A stretch of DNA of 60,038 nucleotides from an uncultured Candidatus Saccharibacteria bacterium (GTDB lineage: Bacteria; Patescibacteriota; Saccharimonadia; Saccharimonadales; CAIOMD01), in NCBI GenBank assembly GCA_964423475.1, contig CAYRFD010000001.1, forward strand, positions 1 to 60,038. Direction: 5' to 3'. The translations under genes and the position numbers were made by a program. Of this stretch, positions 56,398 to 60,038 are shown piece after piece (the first letter of the stretch is position 1; every line of letters begins with the position of its first letter). Below the pieces are notes generated by a model, which worked only from the letters and a program-made list of their open reading frames with translations, was not told where the DNA came from and searched no databases.

Positions 56398-56682
56398 ATG
56401 GCTCGTATAATAACCGGTGTAGTATCATCTGATAAAGCCGATAAAACTATTGTAGTTAGCGTAACTACAAGAAAAACTCATCCTATTTATAAAAAGCAAT
56501 ATTCTGTTACAACCAAGTTTATGGCACACGATAAAGACAATGTTGCTCAAATTGGTGATAGAGTAGAAATTACAGAGCATCGCCCAATATCTGCTAGAAA
56601 ACGTTGGTCATTAGTTAAAGTAACAGAGAAAGCTCCAACAAAGCATATAGAAGAAGCTCCTAAAGAGGAGGCTACCCAATGA
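56398..56682 (+). CDS. rpsQ: 30S ribosomal protein S17
   Basis: [15 protein letters not shown]......HPIYKK.......F.AHD..N....GD.V.I.E.RPIS. Confidence 0.96.
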   Translation: MARIITGVVSSDKADKTIVVSVTTRKTHPIYKKQYSVTTKFMAHDKDNVAQIGDRVEITEHRPISARKRWSLVKVTEKAPTKHIEEAPKEEATQ

Positions 56683-57047
56683 TACAGCAAGAATCTCGTG
56701 TAATAGTTTGTGATAATAGCGGAGCAAAAGAGCTTTTATGCATAAGAGTTTTAGGTGGCACAAGGCGTCGTTATGCAAAGGTTGGTGATACTATTGTAGC
56801 AACCGTTAAACAAGCTTCACCAACAGGTAATGTTAAAAGAAAATCTGTAGTTAAGGCCGTTATAGTTAGAACCAGATATATGATAAGAAGATCAGATGGA
56901 TCATCTATTAAGTTTGATGATAATGCAGCTGTAATTATTGGAGACGATAAATTACCCAAAGCTACTCGTATTTTTGGGCCAGTGCCAAGAGAACTACGAG
57001 ATCTTGGCTATAGCAAAATCATTAGCTTAGCACCGGAGGTACTATAA
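56679..57047 (+). CDS. rplN: 50S ribosomal protein L14
   Basis: [27 protein letters not shown]...GD.IVATVK. Confidence 0.98.
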   Translation: MIQQESRVIVCDNSGAKELLCIRVLGGTRRRYAKVGDTIVATVKQASPTGNVKRKSVVKAVIVRTRYMIRRSDGSSIKFDDNAAVIIGDDKLPKATRIFGPVPRELRDLGYSKIISLAPEVL

Positions 57048-57379
57048 TGACAGCTTCAATCTATAAGATTAAACTTAAAAAAGGCGATACCGTTATGGTA
57101 CGTTCTGGTAAGTATAAAGGTAAAACTGGTATTATTACCGCTACACATCCTAAAACAAATGAAGTTACTGTAGAAAATATTAATGTAGTTAAAAAGCACA
57201 TTAAACCTAATACTAAATATCCTCAAGGTGGAATTATTGATGTTACAAAACCTATAAATGTTTCTAAAGTTGGCATTTTAGATCCTAACGCTAAAAAACC
57301 TTCTCGTATTGCTTACACTACATCTAAAGATGGTAAAAAAGTTAGAGTGTTTACGGGCAGCAAAAAGGAGATAAAATAA
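57047..57379 (+). CDS. rplX: 50S ribosomal protein L24
   Basis: KLKKGDTVMVRSGKYKGKTGII (KOW motif). Confidence 0.96.
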   Translation: MTASIYKIKLKKGDTVMVRSGKYKGKTGIITATHPKTNEVTVENINVVKKHIKPNTKYPQGGIIDVTKPINVSKVGILDPNAKKPSRIAYTTSKDGKKVRVFTGSKKEIK

Positions 57380-57954
57380 TGGCTAAAGAACAAGTAATGT
57401 CAGCACGTTTAAAAAGGCAATACATAGAGCAATATAGGCAAGAGCTTAAAAAAGAGCTTAAATTAAATAATGTTAATCAAGTTCCAAAATTAGATAAGAT
57501 TGTTGTTAATGTAGGGCTCGGTAGAGCTAAAGATGACAAAAAGCTATTAGAAGTAGCTACAAATACAATTCTTCGTATTACTGGGCAACGCCCTGTTCCA
57601 ACTCTTGCAAAGCAAAGTATTGCAGGCTTTAAGTTAAGAGAGGGTAATAAGATTGGCTTAAAAGTTACGCTAAGGGGCGAAATAATGTATGAGTTCTTAG
57701 ATAGGGTTATAAATATTGTACTACCAAGGTTGCGAGATTTTCATGGTGTTCCATCTAAGTCTTTTGATAAATCTGGAAACTATAGTATTGGTTTTAAAGA
57801 TCAAACAGTTTTTCCGGAATTAAATTTTGAAGAAACCTCAGTAGTGCATGGTTTACAAATTAATTTTGTTATTGCAAACTCTATCAGTATAGATCAAAGT
57901 AAGGCTTTGTTAGCAAAATTTGGCATGCCCTTTGAAAAAGAAAGGAAGGCTTAA
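57379..57954 (+). CDS. rplE: 50S ribosomal protein L5
   Basis: RLKRQY...[18 protein letters not shown]...[24 protein letters not shown]. Confidence 0.97.
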   Translation: MAKEQVMSARLKRQYIEQYRQELKKELKLNNVNQVPKLDKIVVNVGLGRAKDDKKLLEVATNTILRITGQRPVPTLAKQSIAGFKLREGNKIGLKVTLRGEIMYEFLDRVINIVLPRLRDFHGVPSKSFDKSGNYSIGFKDQTVFPELNFEETSVVHGLQINFVIANSISIDQSKALLAKFGMPFEKERKA

Positions 57955-57959
57955 GTAGT

Positions 57960-58229
57960 ATGGCTAAAAAATCAATTATAAATCGCGATCTTAAGCGTCA
58001 TAAAATGCATGCAAAGTATGCAGCCAAACGTGCTGAGCTTAAAAAACTCGGAGATCTAGAGGGCTTGCATAAATTACCCCGAAATAGTAGCCCAACAAGG
58101 CTAAAAAATCGTTGTTTAGAAACTGGTCGACCAAGAGCTTACATGCGCACATTTGGATTATCGCGTTTAAGCTTTAGAGAACATGCCTCAAAGGGTGAAA
58201 TCCCAGGCGTAACTAAATCAAGTTGGTAA
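57960..58229 (+). CDS. rpsN: 30S ribosomal protein S14 (long, zinc-free type)
   Basis: 89 aa with [12 protein letters not shown] and RNRC..TGRPRAY.R.FGLSR..FRE. It has no CxxC pairs. Confidence 0.96.
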   Translation: MAKKSIINRDLKRHKMHAKYAAKRAELKKLGDLEGLHKLPRNSSPTRLKNRCLETGRPRAYMRTFGLSRLSFREHASKGEIPGVTKSSW

Positions 58230-58240
58230 GGAGAATAATA

Positions 58241-58636
58241 ATGGTATCGACAGACCCAATAGCAGATATGCTCACCAGAATACGCAACGCTGTTGCTGTA
58301 AATAAACATCAGGTGCTTGTTCCTTACAGCAAGATGAAAGTTACAGTACTAGACGTTTTAAAAGGTAGCAATTTTATTAACAATTATAGTGTCACAGGAG
58401 AGGGTAAAGAAAAACATATAGTTGTTTTAATTAATAATCCTGACACAAATGCAAGAATTACATCTATAGATAGAGTTAGCACACCAGGACGAAGGGTTTA
58501 TACTCCAGTTGCTGCTATCCCTCGTGTTAAATATGGCCGAGGTATAGTCGTTGTTTCAACAAGCAAAGGTGTTATGACGGGAACAGAAGCTAAAAAATCT
58601 GGTCTTGGTGGTGAACTAATTTGTAAGGTATATTAA
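58241..58636 (+). CDS. rpsH: 30S ribosomal protein S8
   Basis: MVSTDPIADMLTRIRNA. The ATG at 58241 follows an AAGGAGA SD, and the ORF-track TTG at 58223 contains that SD, so it is rejected. Confidence 0.96.
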   Translation: MVSTDPIADMLTRIRNAVAVNKHQVLVPYSKMKVTVLDVLKGSNFINNYSVTGEGKEKHIVVLINNPDTNARITSIDRVSTPGRRVYTPVAAIPRVKYGRGIVVVSTSKGVMTGTEAKKSGLGGELICKVY

Positions 58637-58653
58637 TTTAAGAAAGGAATACC

Positions 58654-59190
58654 ATGAGTCGTATAGGAAAACTACCCATACAAATCCCAAGCGGTGTGAC
58701 AATCACTGTCGACGATGGTTCTGTGAATGTAACCGGGCCTAAAGGTTCGTTGTCGCAGTTTATCGTCTCGGGTGTATCGTTTTCTCAAGAAAACGGTCAG
58801 TTTATAGTAAAAAGAGATAATGACGAGGCCGTTAACCGTGCCAATCACGGATTAATGCGAGCTTTAGTAAATAATATGGTAGTTGGTGTAACCCAAGGCT
58901 TTAGCAAAAAACTAGAGATTATAGGAGTTGGTTACAGAGCAAATATGGAAGGCTCTAAGCTAAAAATGCAACTTGGCTTTAGCCATGATATATATTTTAC
59001 TGCACCAGAAGGTGTTCATATTAGTGTAGAACAAAATATTATTACAGTATCTGGTATAAATAAGCAACAAGTTGGGCAAGCAGCTGCAGAAATTAGAGCA
59101 TTTAAAAAACCAGAACCTTATAAGGGTAAGGGTATTAAGTATAGTGATGAACGAATATTACGTAAGAGTGGTAAGTCAGGAAAGGATTAA
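58654..59190 (+). CDS. rplF: 50S ribosomal protein L6
   Basis: MSRIGKLPI.IPSGV...GPKG.L...GVGYRA...EPYKGKGIKY. Confidence 0.97.
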   Translation: MSRIGKLPIQIPSGVTITVDDGSVNVTGPKGSLSQFIVSGVSFSQENGQFIVKRDNDEAVNRANHGLMRALVNNMVVGVTQGFSKKLEIIGVGYRANMEGSKLKMQLGFSHDIYFTAPEGVHISVEQNIITVSGINKQQVGQAAAEIRAFKKPEPYKGKGIKYSDERILRKSGKSGKD

Positions 59191-59196
59191 TCAGCC

Positions 59197-59550
59197 ATGA
59201 GTAATACAGTACAAAAATCCAAGAACTTACAGCTGCGTAAAGCACGCGTTCGTTCGGTAGTTAGCGGCACATCAGAGCGTCCTCGCTTAAGTGTATCTAT
59301 AAGCAATATACACGTTAGTGCACAAATAATTAATGATGAAACAGGAAGCACACTAGCTTCTGCTACGTCTGTTGGTAAAAAAATGACTGGCAATTTAACA
59401 GAAAAAGCAGTATTAGTGGGCACAAATATAGCTAAAGCTGCTAAGAAAATTAATGTTAAAAAAGTAGCATTTGATAGAAACGGTAAACAATATCATGGCA
59501 GAATAAAAGCGTTAGCAGAAGCTGCTCGAAAAGAAGGACTGGAGTTTTAA
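59197..59550 (+). CDS. rplR: 50S ribosomal protein L18
   Basis: RPRLSV..SN.H..AQII.D..G.TLA.A...FDR.G..YHGRIKALAEAARE.GL.F. Confidence 0.96.
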   Translation: MSNTVQKSKNLQLRKARVRSVVSGTSERPRLSVSISNIHVSAQIINDETGSTLASATSVGKKMTGNLTEKAVLVGTNIAKAAKKINVKKVAFDRNGKQYHGRIKALAEAARKEGLEF

Positions 59551-59551
59551 T

Positions 59552-60038
59552 ATGAACAATGCAGGATCCCCAAGAGGCCGAAAAGATAGTCGTGGCCCAA
59601 AAGACGCAGAAGAAAAGCAATTTGATGAACGAGTTGTTAGTATAGACAGAGTTGCACGTGTTGTTAAAGGCGGAAGAAGATTTAGATTTAGAGCTTTAAT
59701 TGTATTAGGCGATAAAAAAGGTCGTATAGGTATAGGTATAGCAAAAGGCGCAGATGTTCAGGCAGCTGTTACCAAGGCAGTAGAAATGGCCAAAAAGAAA
59801 TTAATTACAGTTGCAATATATAAAGGTACTTTGCCCCACGAGGCAGAAGCTAAGGTTGCAGGTGCGCATATTCTAGTTAAACCCGCAAGCCCTGGTACTG
59901 GTTTAATTGCTGGGGGTGTTGTACGCACAGTTTTAGAAGTTGCTGGTTATAAAAACGCATTATCCAAATCTATTGGTTCTTCAAATAAGATTAATGCAGC
60001 TTATGCAACTATAGAAGCTCTTAAATCTTTAAAACCAA
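59552..60038 (+). CDS. rpsE: 30S ribosomal protein S5, 3'-truncated by the window edge
   Basis: The ATG at 59552 lies 1 nt after the rplR stop. My translation is MNNAGSPRGRKD...ERVVSIDRVARVVKGGRRFRFRALIVLGDKKGRIGIGIAKGADVQAAV...GTGLIAGG. The frame is open to nt 60038, and the ORF is absent from the ORF track because it has no stop. Confidence 0.93.
   Translation, partial: MNNAGSPRGRKDSRGPKDAEEKQFDERVVSIDRVARVVKGGRRFRFRALIVLGDKKGRIGIGIAKGADVQAAVTKAVEMAKKKLITVAIYKGTLPHEAEAKVAGAHILVKPASPGTGLIAGGVVRTVLEVAGYKNALSKSIGSSNKINAAYATIEALKSLKP

Noticed and set aside
1-60038. Alternative genetic code (UGA recoding, as in some CPR lineages).
   Set aside because: TGA is used as a genuine stop (for example rplD at 53272-53274, overlapping the rplW ATG). 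All conserved genes are full-length under code 11.
1-60038. CRISPR arrays, IS elements, integrases, prophage genes, toxin-antitoxin pairs and rRNA operons.
   Set aside because: I scanned both strands and the ORF list. I saw no repeat-spacer periodicity, no transposase, recombinase or phage-like ORFs, and no rRNA-like GC-rich stretches. The only long repeat found is the rpsJ 3' duplication.

Overview
This is an AT-rich (roughly 35-42% GC by eye), tightly packed bacterial chromosome segment. It uses the standard code: TGA serves as a stop, for example in the rplD/rplW ATGA overlap at 53271-53274. The content is almost entirely core information-processing and envelope genes.

Gene order:
- dnaE (5'-truncated), then a convergent trmH-like/CAP-domain pair, pilB, malic enzyme, rplS, yraN, pepN and nusA.
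- clpC, an HExxH membrane protein, radA and a PIN-TRAM protein.
- PBP1A (minus strand), recG, a PLC-like protein, rsmD and two secreted/membrane orphans.
- tRNA-Leu(UAG), tyrS, a membrane protein, hisS, tig and clpP.
- rpoB, rpoC, rpsL, rpsG, a 53-aa ORF, fusA, tuf and rpsJ.
- An ~8.7 kb non-ribosomal block: an orphan cassette, a DMT transporter, a beta-helix membrane protein, pyrG, capA-like, vanY-like and dacB-like genes.
- The canonical rplC...rpsE S10/spc cluster, with rpsE running off the window.

The gene content and Firmicute-like clpC-radA-PIN/TRAM synteny suggest a reduced-genome Gram-positive-like or CPR (Saccharibacteria-like) organism; this is inference only. I found no rRNA, CRISPR array, transposase or integrase.

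Main observations:
1. A 78-nt direct duplication of the rpsJ 3' end (70/78 identical, 7 of 8 differences synonymous) brackets a self-contained antisense cassette. The cassette encodes an orphan 185-aa internally repeated protein. This looks like an insertion footprint inside the S10 gene region.
2. rpsJ is separated from rplC by ~8.7 kb.
3. Near-perfect CIRCE (HrcA) operators overlap the promoters of clpC and clpP.
4. A TGnTATAAT box recurs 6-10 nt upstream of the ATG, implying leaderless mRNAs for many non-ribosomal genes, while translation and transcription genes keep strong SD sites.
5. An unannotated 53-aa four-Cys ORF with an RBS lies in the rpsG-fusA spacer.
6. TyrS carries a non-canonical HIGH motif (TIGN).
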